IMG/VR virus record: IMGVR_UViG_3300043395_004688
Reading direction: 5' to 3' (one strand)
Length of the DNA stretch: 64,000 nt
From: a virus
Lineage: Duplodnaviria > Caudoviricetes
The notes beneath the pieces are model-generated. The model was not told the DNA's origin. It ran no database searches and saw nothing but the letters and a program-made list of their open reading frames with translations. The translations under genes and the position numbers were made by a program. Positions within the stretch are counted from its first letter, which is position 1. Each line of letters starts with the position of its first letter. Of this stretch, positions 55,201-63,266 are shown one piece after another.

Positions 55201-55464
55201 GAATCGTTACCTTCAACTGCGTCTCTTGGTGCCGCTTCACCAACAATAACACCTGGTACTGCTACAGCGGGCATTACAACATTACCCGAAGGTTCTACGC
55301 CAGCCACAAGCCCAGCAGCAGCACCAGATAATGCTCAACCAGCGATGAGTCCGGAAATGGTCACAGCCATGATGGGATATTTGTCTAGTATTCAAAACGA
55401 TATTGCAGCCATCCGAGGCAATACCAAACCAGCTCCTTCGGATGCTCCGGTTAGACTAGGTTAA
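52219..55464 (+). CDS. Tail tape-measure protein
   Basis: 1081 aa, helical, Ala/Gly-rich, hydrophobic segments and internal repeats; sits next to the hub and portal genes. Confidence 0.8.
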   Translation: MAELSDESAINLQRAIEKLTDKMSDMGSSMGRGTNSPLPGRGKDKDKGDSIPNEELEKMKKRLKALNDELDASGRLTDKDLKEREKLIKAVNEETDQVKKVTSSYSKLEDGLKTFGKNLLTGKGDVAQAFDGLSSTLSNSSSRIGNILGGFAGGVSFMLTALTSFADDARQLGGFADLGAFRVGSIKQAKLMSGLGESFIKAIELSQGGFKAFGRNSQESVEALSELARGFRVGSGVISRSLSRNLGPELTKTMDRAQRATAEMGLSQEDQAAVMGSLSQTISLTAKSEADAQRMMVRQYEQTVTAARTLSNTFGVSSKEILKAMEEFRRTSGGQTSALLGLDQEAANVAALIDQMGVKVDAETRARMAASIVQGDIGQARAMAGGMDQQTFDSIERAIQSAQGREGGLGNARNLQEGARAEIGALEAQFEQRRRMQIDPEFAGAGQRAGAAAARMRLQQRAEAGDTEAKRQLEAQGTTTESGNITAMNKLTDALNSLRNVIIGLTAGLVALTGVFGATALAGGAGAILSGGLGGKLLGGIGEKLGGMLSKVPGLGKLGGGGAGGGVMDKMSGAVGSGLSGFADMLGKMGDSKAVKGAATIALLGAALAMAAHGFKTFGEVKWEGMLKGAVALGGLIAMARLVGEATTAMVKGAATITLLGAAVMVSAIGFKTFNEVDWGSLVKGALAIGVLAVTAKLLGGMTTDLLKGAFAITILGASMWVAGKGFAAFNEVNWDSLVKGALALTVLGVAAMALGNISGQILVGSLAIAALGASMWIAGKGFASFNDVDWGALLKGTVALGVLTAAVFALGAIMMSGVGAAIFVAGIAAFVGLGVAAAALGVGLGIAGAGMKTFSEALTSIAEIDGTNLIAIGAGLAAIGLGMGVFALGMLAGTGAGIISGIASLFGAKSPLDKVKEFVPMADKIALVGEGIKNFGEGVLSLNKGVSEFNKDAFDTLKTSMQEFALAGSSEEMRLTAEYLKSIGESLSSISQIESLPSTASLGAASPTITPGTATAGITTLPEGSTPATSPAAAPDNAQPAMSPEMVTAMMGYLSSIQNDIAAIRGNTKPAPSDAPVRLG
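54004..54675 (+). repeat. Four 56-aa (168-bp) repeats in the tape measure protein
   Basis: KGA.....LGA......GF..F.EV.W..L.KGA..L units at 54004, 54172, 54340 and 54508. Confidence 0.9.
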
Positions 55465-55484
55465 AAATAAAGGTAAGTAATAGT

Positions 55485-57167
55485 ATGAGTTGGAGAAAAC
55501 ACTTTAAAATTTGGGAACCGCAGTCAGAAATGTCTGGCAACGGGCGCAAGAATGGACCTGGATATGCAGGTGCCAAGTATGCGTCTTGGTTACAAGATGT
55601 CTACAGCGGCCAGGCAAACAGAGTTGAGCGTTACACACAATACGATCAAATGGATCTAGATTCAGAGATCAATGCTGCCTTAGATACCATTGCTGAATTT
55701 TGCACTCAGGCGGATCCGGACACAAACTTACCATTTAGAGTCATCTGGAAAGACACTCCAACCGACAGCGAAAACAAAATTGTCTCTGAGTATCTTAAGA
55801 AATGGTGTGCTATCAATAAAATTGATCAGAGAATTTTCCGTACCTTCCGCAGTACTTTAAAGTATGGAGACCATTTTTATCTTAGAGATCCAGAAACCTT
55901 TGAACTGTATTGGGTCAACGCTAATGATGTCAAGCGAGCGGTAATTAACGAAGCCGAAGGAAGAAGCGTTGAACAATATGTCATTACTAATATTCATCCA
56001 AATTTAGGAACCAAGGTTGCTACTCAGCCCATAGACAATGTTAACACGCTAACAGGTGCTACTACATTAAACACTCCAAGTGTGTACAGCGCAGGCAGTG
56101 GCAATGTAGGAAGAAGTGGTGGCGCCGGTGAAGAAACAGTGGTCAGCGGTGAGCATGTGTTACACATCACGCTTAACGAAGGGCTTGATACTAATTGGCC
56201 GTTTGGAGCAAGTATTCTAGATAGTGTGTTTAAGATCTTTAAACAAAAAGAAATGCTTGAAGATGCTATTATTATCTATCGTGTACAGCGAGCACCTGAG
56301 CGTAGAGTATTTTACATTGACACTGGTAATCTACCAAGTCACCAGGCCATGGCCTTTGTAGAGCGTGTAAAAAATGAAATTCATCAAAAGCGCATTCCAA
56401 CAAGAACAGGTGGTGGTACATCACTTGATGCCAGCTATAATCCACTAAGCATCATGGAAGACTTTTTCTTTGCTCAAACTGCAGATGGTCGTGGTAGTAA
56501 AGTTGAAGTGTTGCCAGGTGGTACAGGACTAGGTGAAATCGACGACCTTAAGTTTTTCAGCAACAAATTATTGAGAGGTCTACGAATTCCTAGTAGCTAT
56601 CTACCCACTGGTCCAGATGATTCGGCGCTGGCATTTACAGATGGTCGTATGGGTACCGCACTGATTCAAGAGTTTAGATTTAATCGTTATTGCAGACGCT
56701 TGCAGGGTTTGGTTGCTCCATTCTTTGACAAAGAATTTAAAGTTTTCCTTAAGAATCGTGGTGCAAATATTGATAGTTCAAGCTTTGACATTGACATGCT
56801 AGAGCCACAAAATTTCAGCGAATACAGAGAAATTGAAATAAACAATGCTCGTGCCGCGGTGTTTACTCAACTAGCTGAAATTCCATATCTATCACATAGA
56901 TTTAAACTGCAAAAGTTCCTGGGAATGACTGAAGACGAAATCTTGGAAAATGAAAAACTCTGGGAAGAAGAAAATTCAGGCAGCAATGACAACAACCAAG
57001 AAGAAGGCGCAGACTTTAGTGCTACTGGATTAAAAGGTCCGTCGGAGTCTGATCTAGATCTCACCGGCGGGCTAGGAGATTTATCAGCACCTGCTGAGCC
57101 AGCAACAGCTGAGCCTGCGGCACCAGCTGCACCAGCCGCTCCTGCTCCAGCCGCTCCACCGGTTTAA
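55485..57167 (+). CDS. gp20: Portal protein
   Basis: EDAIIIYRVQRAPERRVFYIDTGNLP, EDFFFAQTADGRGSKVEVLPGG, LRIPSSYL; TAAGTA 5 nt before ATG. Confidence 0.97.
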   Translation: MSWRKHFKIWEPQSEMSGNGRKNGPGYAGAKYASWLQDVYSGQANRVERYTQYDQMDLDSEINAALDTIAEFCTQADPDTNLPFRVIWKDTPTDSENKIVSEYLKKWCAINKIDQRIFRTFRSTLKYGDHFYLRDPETFELYWVNANDVKRAVINEAEGRSVEQYVITNIHPNLGTKVATQPIDNVNTLTGATTLNTPSVYSAGSGNVGRSGGAGEETVVSGEHVLHITLNEGLDTNWPFGASILDSVFKIFKQKEMLEDAIIIYRVQRAPERRVFYIDTGNLPSHQAMAFVERVKNEIHQKRIPTRTGGGTSLDASYNPLSIMEDFFFAQTADGRGSKVEVLPGGTGLGEIDDLKFFSNKLLRGLRIPSSYLPTGPDDSALAFTDGRMGTALIQEFRFNRYCRRLQGLVAPFFDKEFKVFLKNRGANIDSSSFDIDMLEPQNFSEYREIEINNARAAVFTQLAEIPYLSHRFKLQKFLGMTEDEILENEKLWEEENSGSNDNNQEEGADFSATGLKGPSESDLDLTGGLGDLSAPAEPATAEPAAPAAPAAPAPAAPPV

Positions 57168-57192
57168 TTGACAAAATTGGATAAGTAGCAGT

Positions 57193-57399
57193 ATGAGATT
57201 CAATGACCTACAAAAAGCCAGCGATGAAATTGAAAAGGAAGTAGATCCTGAAGTAGCTTTCTATGGGGATTTGCGTAGAAAGAGATTAACACTAGAGCAT
57301 GTAAACAAGCTGAGAAAAGTACGAGATTTGCGTGAATATGAAAGTAAATCTAAGCTAAAGTTTATCAAACAGATGTATGCTAGACCCCCAGCAGCCTAA
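57193..57399 (+). CDS. Small head-cluster protein
   Basis: RRKRLTLEHVNKLRK...QMYA; TAAGTA 5 nt before ATG. Confidence 0.75.
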   Translation: MRFNDLQKASDEIEKEVDPEVAFYGDLRRKRLTLEHVNKLRKVRDLREYESKSKLKFIKQMYARPPAA

Positions 57400-57401
57400 A
57401 T

Positions 57402-57436
57402 AAAATCCGCCATAACTAGGCGGATTTTTTATTTAT
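57402..57436 (+). terminator. Rho-independent terminator
   Basis: AAAATCCGCC-ATAACTA-GGCGGATTTT plus T-run. Confidence 0.85.
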
Positions 57437-57568
57437 AGGCCAGAAATAATAAACAAAAACTCCGTTTTTTCCGCCATTTCCTCTGTATTTTAGTGCGCCA
57501 TTAGTAAGTAGTTATTGGCAAAGTACACCCTTACGGCGTGTATACCCCTTAGCGCAAGGAGATAATAA

Positions 57569-58270
57569 ATGAGTAAAACTGTTCTTGAGCAAGCACTAGA
57601 CCATCTTCTAAACAAAGAAGAAGATAAAGCTACTGCTCTGCTACATGATTACTATGTAGGTATCGGCCGCAAAGTGTACGAAGACATTATGGCTGACGAA
57701 GAAATGTTTGATGAGACATCTGACATTTCAGACGACATCGACGAAGTCGATTCAGAATTAACCGAAGAAGGTGATGAGATTGCACCTCCAGCTGACGGCG
57801 AGGCTGCTGCTACTGCTGAGCTAAGTGCTGAATTGGGCACAGGCGAAGGTGAAGGCGAAGCTGCTCCTGTAAGTGCTGATGCAGCTGATGTTGCTGATGC
57901 AATGATGGATGTAGAGTCCGCCTTAGCAAAGCTAAAAGCCGAATTTGAACAAATGGCTTCTGGCGAAGCACCTGCTGATGTTCCTGCCGAAGCACCTGCT
58001 GATGCAGCCCCAGAAGAAGTAACACCAGAAAGCATTGAAGAGTCTGCTGAATTAAGCAAAGTATCTTCTCCAGACAATAGCGATAAAGCTGATGAAAAGC
58101 ACAGCCCAGTTGCTGGCAAGAATCCAATGATGGCTCGCCCAGCTGTTAAGATTGGTGCTGGTTCTGCTGATGGCGTAGCTAGTGGCACAAGCCCAGCAAA
58201 GGCTCCTTCAGCACAAGATTTAGGCGGTACAACCAAGCCAGATCTTAAGAAAGTATCAGTAAAGGGTTAA
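57569..58270 (+). CDS. Acidic prohead core/scaffold-like protein
   Basis: Very acidic, Ala/Pro-rich, between portal and protease; SD AAGGAG. Confidence 0.7.
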   Translation: MSKTVLEQALDHLLNKEEDKATALLHDYYVGIGRKVYEDIMADEEMFDETSDISDDIDEVDSELTEEGDEIAPPADGEAAATAELSAELGTGEGEGEAAPVSADAADVADAMMDVESALAKLKAEFEQMASGEAPADVPAEAPADAAPEEVTPESIEESAELSKVSSPDNSDKADEKHSPVAGKNPMMARPAVKIGAGSADGVASGTSPAKAPSAQDLGGTTKPDLKKVSVKG

Positions 58271-58276
58271 TCCAAA

Positions 58277-58915
58277 ATGAACCTACAGCCACTAAGAGAA
58301 AATTTAACATTTGATCAGGCAGGTATGGTTGTTGAAACCAAAGAGTCTGTCAGTGGCGGTAAGGATCTCTACATGAAAGGTATTTTTATCCAGGGAGGTG
58401 TACGCAATCACAATCAGCGTGTATATCCTGTAAATGAAATTGCCAATGCTGTAGAGAGCATTCGTAAACGATTAGATAGTGGTTTCTCTGTACTTGGAGA
58501 AGCAGATCATCCGGATGATTTACAAGTAAACATTGACCGCGTAAGTCACATGGTTACAGAGATGTGGATGGATGGTCCAAACGGGTATGGTAAGCTAAAG
58601 CTCATTCCAACTCCAATGGGAAACATTATCAAAACATTACTCGAAAGTGGTGTTAAGTTAGGCGTAAGCAGCCGCGGATCAGGCAATGTTCAAGAATCAG
58701 GTAATGTATCTGATTTTGAAATTGTAACTGTTGATGTGGTAGCACAACCAAGTGCGCCAGAAGCTTATCCTACTGCCATTTATGAAAGAGTACTGGGAAA
58801 TCGTCGACGTGCCGCTCTAATGGATGTGGCCTACGCGGTGAACCACGATCGGTCCGCACAAAAACATCTTGTAAATGAAGTTACAAAGTTCATTTCAAGT
58901 TTAAAGAAAGTCTGA
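58277..58915 (+). CDS. gp21: Prohead protease
   Basis: GIFIQG..RN.N.RVYP, LGEADHP, RVSH, GVSSRGSG, TVDVVAQPSAP.AY. Confidence 0.97.
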   Translation: MNLQPLRENLTFDQAGMVVETKESVSGGKDLYMKGIFIQGGVRNHNQRVYPVNEIANAVESIRKRLDSGFSVLGEADHPDDLQVNIDRVSHMVTEMWMDGPNGYGKLKLIPTPMGNIIKTLLESGVKLGVSSRGSGNVQESGNVSDFEIVTVDVVAQPSAPEAYPTAIYERVLGNRRRAALMDVAYAVNHDRSAQKHLVNEVTKFISSLKKV

Positions 58916-58925
58916 GGAGATTACT

Positions 58926-60038
58926 ATGAGTCAATTTACAGATATGCTTGGTTCAACTGTTCTTTCCGAAGAGGTGCGCGATAACATCAATGCCGCTTGG
59001 GAAAAACACTTAGCCGAAAGCCGTGAAGAAGTTACAGCTGAACTTCGTGAAGAGTTTGCATCACGCTACGAACACGACAAGAGTCAGCTAATTGAAGCAA
59101 TGGACAAGTTAATGCAAGACACCATCAATGCTGGTGCAGCTGACTTAAAAACATTGCGCGAAGAAGCAATGGCACAGCGTACAAAGTATGCTGCCAAGAT
59201 CAAAGAAGATACAGCTTTGTTACAGAAGCTGGTAATTGAAACCTTGTCAAAGGAAATTCAAGAACTTCGCAATGATCGTGCAGGACAAAAAGACGCATTT
59301 GCTAGACTAGAAGAATTTGCGCTACGCAAGTTAACTGGTGAACTAGCTGAATTGCATGAAGATCACAAGAGATTAGTAGAAGCTCGTGTAAAACTAGTTG
59401 CTGAAGGTCGTACTGCAATCAATGAAGCCAAGTCAAATTTTGTTAAGAAAGCCAGCGAAAAGGTCAACGCCTTAGTAACTGAAACTTTCAAGAAAGAAAT
59501 GACACAGCTCAAAACAGATATTCGTGAAGCAAAAGAAAACAACTTTGGTCGTAAGATCATGGAAGCATTTGCTGCCGAATTTATGGCAAGTAAATTTGCT
59601 GATGGTACTACTGTCAGTCAATTGAACCGTAAAATTGAAGAAATTCAATCAGAACTAACAGAGGCTAAAAACACTATCAATCAGAAAGAAGAAATTATCA
59701 GCGAGTCGCTTCGTCGTCAGCGCATTGCGGAAGATCAAGCACAGCGAGTTCGCGTAATGCAAGATTTATGTGCTCCATTGTCAAAAGATAAGAGAGCCAT
59801 TATGGAAGAGTTACTGGAAAGCACAGATACTTCTAAGCTAAAAGATCAATTCCAAAAGTTCTTGCCATCGGTTCTAAATGAAGAAGTTCGTCGCGAGAAG
59901 AAACAACTCATTGAAGGACAACAATCGCAGAAGACTGTGATTACAGGCAACAAGACTCAGACCGAGCCAGTTGCTGCCCCAGCCGAAGCTGACGATACAA
60001 TTCAACAGCTCCGTAAACTCGCTGGTATTAAGATTTAA
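58926..60038 (+). CDS. gp22: Prohead core scaffold protein
   Basis: Coiled-coil, acidic, between protease and MCP; ends LRKLAGI. Confidence 0.85.
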   Translation: MSQFTDMLGSTVLSEEVRDNINAAWEKHLAESREEVTAELREEFASRYEHDKSQLIEAMDKLMQDTINAGAADLKTLREEAMAQRTKYAAKIKEDTALLQKLVIETLSKEIQELRNDRAGQKDAFARLEEFALRKLTGELAELHEDHKRLVEARVKLVAEGRTAINEAKSNFVKKASEKVNALVTETFKKEMTQLKTDIREAKENNFGRKIMEAFAAEFMASKFADGTTVSQLNRKIEEIQSELTEAKNTINQKEEIISESLRRQRIAEDQAQRVRVMQDLCAPLSKDKRAIMEELLESTDTSKLKDQFQKFLPSVLNEEVRREKKQLIEGQQSQKTVITGNKTQTEPVAAPAEADDTIQQLRKLAGIKI

Positions 60039-60053
60039 TTTAGGAGACATAAA

Positions 60054-61259
60054 ATGTCACAAGCTCTATTCGAAGCTAAAAATTGGTCTGCTACTAAGGA
60101 AGCCCTAGTAGAAGGTCTAAGTGGTCAGAGAAAGACCACAATGGAAGTATGTTTGGAAAACACCAAGAAGTACCTAACAGAAACAGCTACATCTGGCGCT
60201 ACAGCCGCTGGTAACGTTGCCGTTCTAAACAAGGTAATTCTTCCTGTTATCCGTCGTGTAATGCCAACAACTATTGCTAACGAGCTAGTTGGTGTTCAGC
60301 CAATGCAAGGCCCAGTTTCTCAGATTCATACTCTGCGTGTTCGTTACGCAGAAGCTGCAACTGAGCGTACAGGTGGTGCTGCTGGTGATGTTATTGGTGG
60401 TGCAGTAAGTGCAAACGATGAAGCACTAAGCCCATTCAAGATTGCTCAACAGTACTCTGGTGCTGCTGCTGGTACAGCCGCTGCAACAAGTGCTCTTGAA
60501 GGTGTTGCTGGTAAGAAGATGAACATCCAGATCCTGAAAGAAACTGTTGAAGCTAAGAGCCGTAAGCTAAGTGCTCGTTGGACATTTGAAGCTGCTCAAG
60601 ACGCTAACGCCATCCACGGTGTTGATGTTGAAGCAGAAATCATGGCCGCTCTAGCACAAGAAATTACTGCTGAAATTGACCAGGAAATCATTGCTAGCTT
60701 GACAGCTCTTGCTGGTGGTGCATTTGCCACATACGATCAGTCAGCTGTAAGTGGTCAGGCTTCTTTCGTTGGTGACCAACACGCTGCTCTAGCAGTTCTG
60801 ATCAACCGTGCTGCTAACGACATTGCTGCTCGTACACGTCGTGGTGCTGGTAACTACATTGTTGTTAGCCCAACAGCATTGACAATTCTACAAAGTGCTA
60901 CAACTTCTGCGTTCGCAAGAACAACAGAAGGTACTTTCGAAGCCCCAACAAACACCAAGTTCGTTGGTACATTGAACAGCTCTGTTCGTGTATATGTAAA
61001 CCACTATGCTGGTGATGATGCTCCAGTTCTAGTAGGTTACAAGGGTGCTAACGAAATGGATGCACCAGCATTCTACTGCCCATACATCCCATTGATGAGC
61101 AGTGGTGTTATCCTTGACCCAGCAACATTTGAGCCAACTGTCAGTTTCATGACACGCTATGGCTATGTTGAGCTTTCAAACAGCTCTTCATCTCTGGGTA
61201 ATGCTGCCGACTATGTAAACACAATTGCAATCGACAGCGGCGCACTAAGCTTCATCTAA
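60054..61259 (+). CDS. gp23: Major capsid protein
   Basis: LPVIRRVMPTTIANELVGVQPMQGP, VEAKSRKLSARWTFEAAQD, EITAEIDQEI, FYCPYIPL, FMTRYG. Confidence 0.98.
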   Translation: MSQALFEAKNWSATKEALVEGLSGQRKTTMEVCLENTKKYLTETATSGATAAGNVAVLNKVILPVIRRVMPTTIANELVGVQPMQGPVSQIHTLRVRYAEAATERTGGAAGDVIGGAVSANDEALSPFKIAQQYSGAAAGTAAATSALEGVAGKKMNIQILKETVEAKSRKLSARWTFEAAQDANAIHGVDVEAEIMAALAQEITAEIDQEIIASLTALAGGAFATYDQSAVSGQASFVGDQHAALAVLINRAANDIAARTRRGAGNYIVVSPTALTILQSATTSAFARTTEGTFEAPTNTKFVGTLNSSVRVYVNHYAGDDAPVLVGYKGANEMDAPAFYCPYIPLMSSGVILDPATFEPTVSFMTRYGYVELSNSSSSLGNAADYVNTIAIDSGALSFI

Positions 61260-61285
61260 TCACTGATTGGATTAAGTTTAAAATG

Positions 61286-61315
61286 GAAAAGGGCTCTTTG
61301 GAGCCCTTTTCTTTT
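61286..61315 (+). terminator. Rho-independent terminator after MCP
   Basis: GAAAAGGGCTC-TTTG-GAGCCCTTTTC-TTTT. Confidence 0.9.
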
Positions 61316-61331
61316 GGCTAAGTAGAAGTCT

Positions 61332-61562
61332 ATGTTTACTAGCATGCCAGTTAGATTAGAAAGGGCAGGACATTGCCAGCGATGTGAGTATTACCGCCGA
61401 TCAACAAAACAATGCAGTATGTGCGGATGTTTGGTAAATCTCAAAGTAACAATTGCTAAGTCTGTTTGCCCTGTTGGAAAATGGGGAGCAGTTGATGCAG
61501 GCAACGATTTTGCAGCCGAAGTTTCCAACGCTATTAAATCTTTTTTGAATTTAAAAAAGTGA
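61332..61562 (+). CDS. Small Cys-rich protein (DUF6171-like)
   Basis: CQRC-x9-CSMCGC...KV......CPVGKW; own TAAGTA promoter at 61319-24. Confidence 0.7.
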   Translation: MFTSMPVRLERAGHCQRCEYYRRSTKQCSMCGCLVNLKVTIAKSVCPVGKWGAVDAGNDFAAEVSNAIKSFLNLKK

Positions 61563-61597
61563 TCCTTTACTAAATAATGGTAAGGAGATTCGAATCC

Positions 61598-62044
61598 ATG
61601 CCAAAATTTGATGATTATGACGATAGTGGTGCTTTTAATGCACTTAGTCCAAAAGCACAAGTAAACATTGATGCTCGTGTAGCTGCTGGTGGTTGGTCAA
61701 GCGCCGATGAAGCAGCAAAAACCAAAGCCGTTGCAGATGCTGCTGCCCAAGTAGCTGTTCAGGGTGCAACAAATACATTGGAAACAGATGACAAATTTGG
61801 CAAGTTTATCAATAGCAAATGGCGCCCAATGATGGCCTTTATCTATATGATTACTTGTGCAACTGACTTTGTGATTTTCCCAGTGCTTTGGAGCGTGTTA
61901 CAAGCCCTTCAAGGCGGCCAAGTAACTAGCCAATGGAGCCCGCTGACATTGCAAGGTGCAGGATTGTATCACATTGCCATGGGTGCTGTACTAGGTTTGG
62001 CAGCATATGGCCGTAGCCAAGAGAAGATTGCCGGGAAAAGTTAA
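61598..62044 (+). CDS. Holin-like membrane protein (3TM/GTA-holin type)
   Basis: KWRPMMAFIYMITCATDFVIFPVLW, W.PLTL..AGLYHIAMGAVLGLAAYGRSQEK; SD AAGGAG before ATG 61598. Confidence 0.75.
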   Translation: MPKFDDYDDSGAFNALSPKAQVNIDARVAAGGWSSADEAAKTKAVADAAAQVAVQGATNTLETDDKFGKFINSKWRPMMAFIYMITCATDFVIFPVLWSVLQALQGGQVTSQWSPLTLQGAGLYHIAMGAVLGLAAYGRSQEKIAGKS

Positions 62045-63189
62045 TGTCAATTAAGACCAATCACTCGCAGGAGGCGCTGGAGCCAGATTCTGGTGTCCTT
62101 AAAATTTTAGGCACAGGTGCCTTAAAGCTTCCTGCAGGTGACGATACTGAACGACCAGCTTTAAGTGTTGCTGGATATCTGCGGTTTGCCAGTAGTATTA
62201 CTAAACCTGAATACTATGACGGATCTGCTTGGCAAACATTAACAAACAAAGATTATGTTGATACTGTTACTTCAAATCTCAGTAGTTCAATTGGCACAAC
62301 AATTACAAATCTTACACTTAACGATTTGTCTGATGTTAATACCATTGGTGTATCAGACGGTCAAGTTATATCTTATGACTCTAACATTGGCGGATTTAGA
62401 TCTCAGACACAGGCGCTGACTGTAATCAATCGATATTTTGTTGGCGATGGTACTTCGTTAAATTTTGACATTATTACTACTGTTCCAACGATGAACAATT
62501 TAGTAGTCAGCATTGATGGTATACAACAAGAACCAACATATAGTTTTACACTGGTTAGTGGTCACATTGTTAGTTTTGATGAAGCACCAGAAGCTGGTGC
62601 AAGAATATTAATCAAAGTTTTAAAGAGTACCACTTCAACCGATCGTGCTAGACCCACAGTCACAGATGTAAGTTACGGTACAATTGCTCAGTATAACACA
62701 ATTACAATTGTAGCAACTGACATTACCTACGGTACTGGTGCCAAGATTGGCAACAAGGCAGTTACAAGGATTGATTATCCTTCTCCAAACATCATGCAAC
62801 TCATGATTGAAACTGCTACAGTATCTGGGTCATTTTGGAATACACCGCAGGATTTAACATTAATTGATACCAGTGGCAACGAATTTGTATTCCATGAGCT
62901 GATTCACTATGGGGTTTCTGTACCTCATTGGACAGATAGCAATTCCTATATTGGAACTTTTTCTGGTGGAGATGCTATTAATTTTAGTCTTGAAGTAAAT
63001 AATGCTGCAAGTATTACTATTTCTCCTGCAAATGCCGGAGAAGCAAACATTGGATGGTTATCCATTAGCGGATCAAATTTAGTTGGAACTGCCCCAAACA
63101 ATAGCAGTCCAAGTAGATATGAAATTGCTATAACAGCCAGCAACGGAAGCGTTGATATAACGAAAAACTTCTGGTTGTTGGTTATTTAA
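62044..63189 (+). CDS. Virion structural protein with fibre and Ig-like modules
   Basis: LKLPAGDDTERP, LNDLSDV, FVGDGTSLNF...VSIDGIQQEP, C-terminal Ig-like SGSNLVGTAP...ITASNG. Confidence 0.7.
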   Translation: MSIKTNHSQEALEPDSGVLKILGTGALKLPAGDDTERPALSVAGYLRFASSITKPEYYDGSAWQTLTNKDYVDTVTSNLSSSIGTTITNLTLNDLSDVNTIGVSDGQVISYDSNIGGFRSQTQALTVINRYFVGDGTSLNFDIITTVPTMNNLVVSIDGIQQEPTYSFTLVSGHIVSFDEAPEAGARILIKVLKSTTSTDRARPTVTDVSYGTIAQYNTITIVATDITYGTGAKIGNKAVTRIDYPSPNIMQLMIETATVSGSFWNTPQDLTLIDTSGNEFVFHELIHYGVSVPHWTDSNSYIGTFSGGDAINFSLEVNNAASITISPANAGEANIGWLSISGSNLVGTAPNNSSPSRYEIAITASNGSVDITKNFWLLVI

Positions 63190-63266
63190 TTTTTTCCTAT
63201 TGGCCACGACTCCATATTCAACGGTCGACGAGTTTCAGAGAAACTCATTAAAAAGGAAAAACAAAA

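Noticed and set aside
57652-58236. 194-aa and 105-aa minus-strand ORFs
   Set aside because: Antisense to the acidic prohead protein; low-complexity shadows.
61584-61597. GGAGATTCGAATCC resembling a tRNA T-arm
   Set aside because: No acceptor, D or anticodon arms; it is the SD/leader of the holin-like gene. No tRNA was found in the window.
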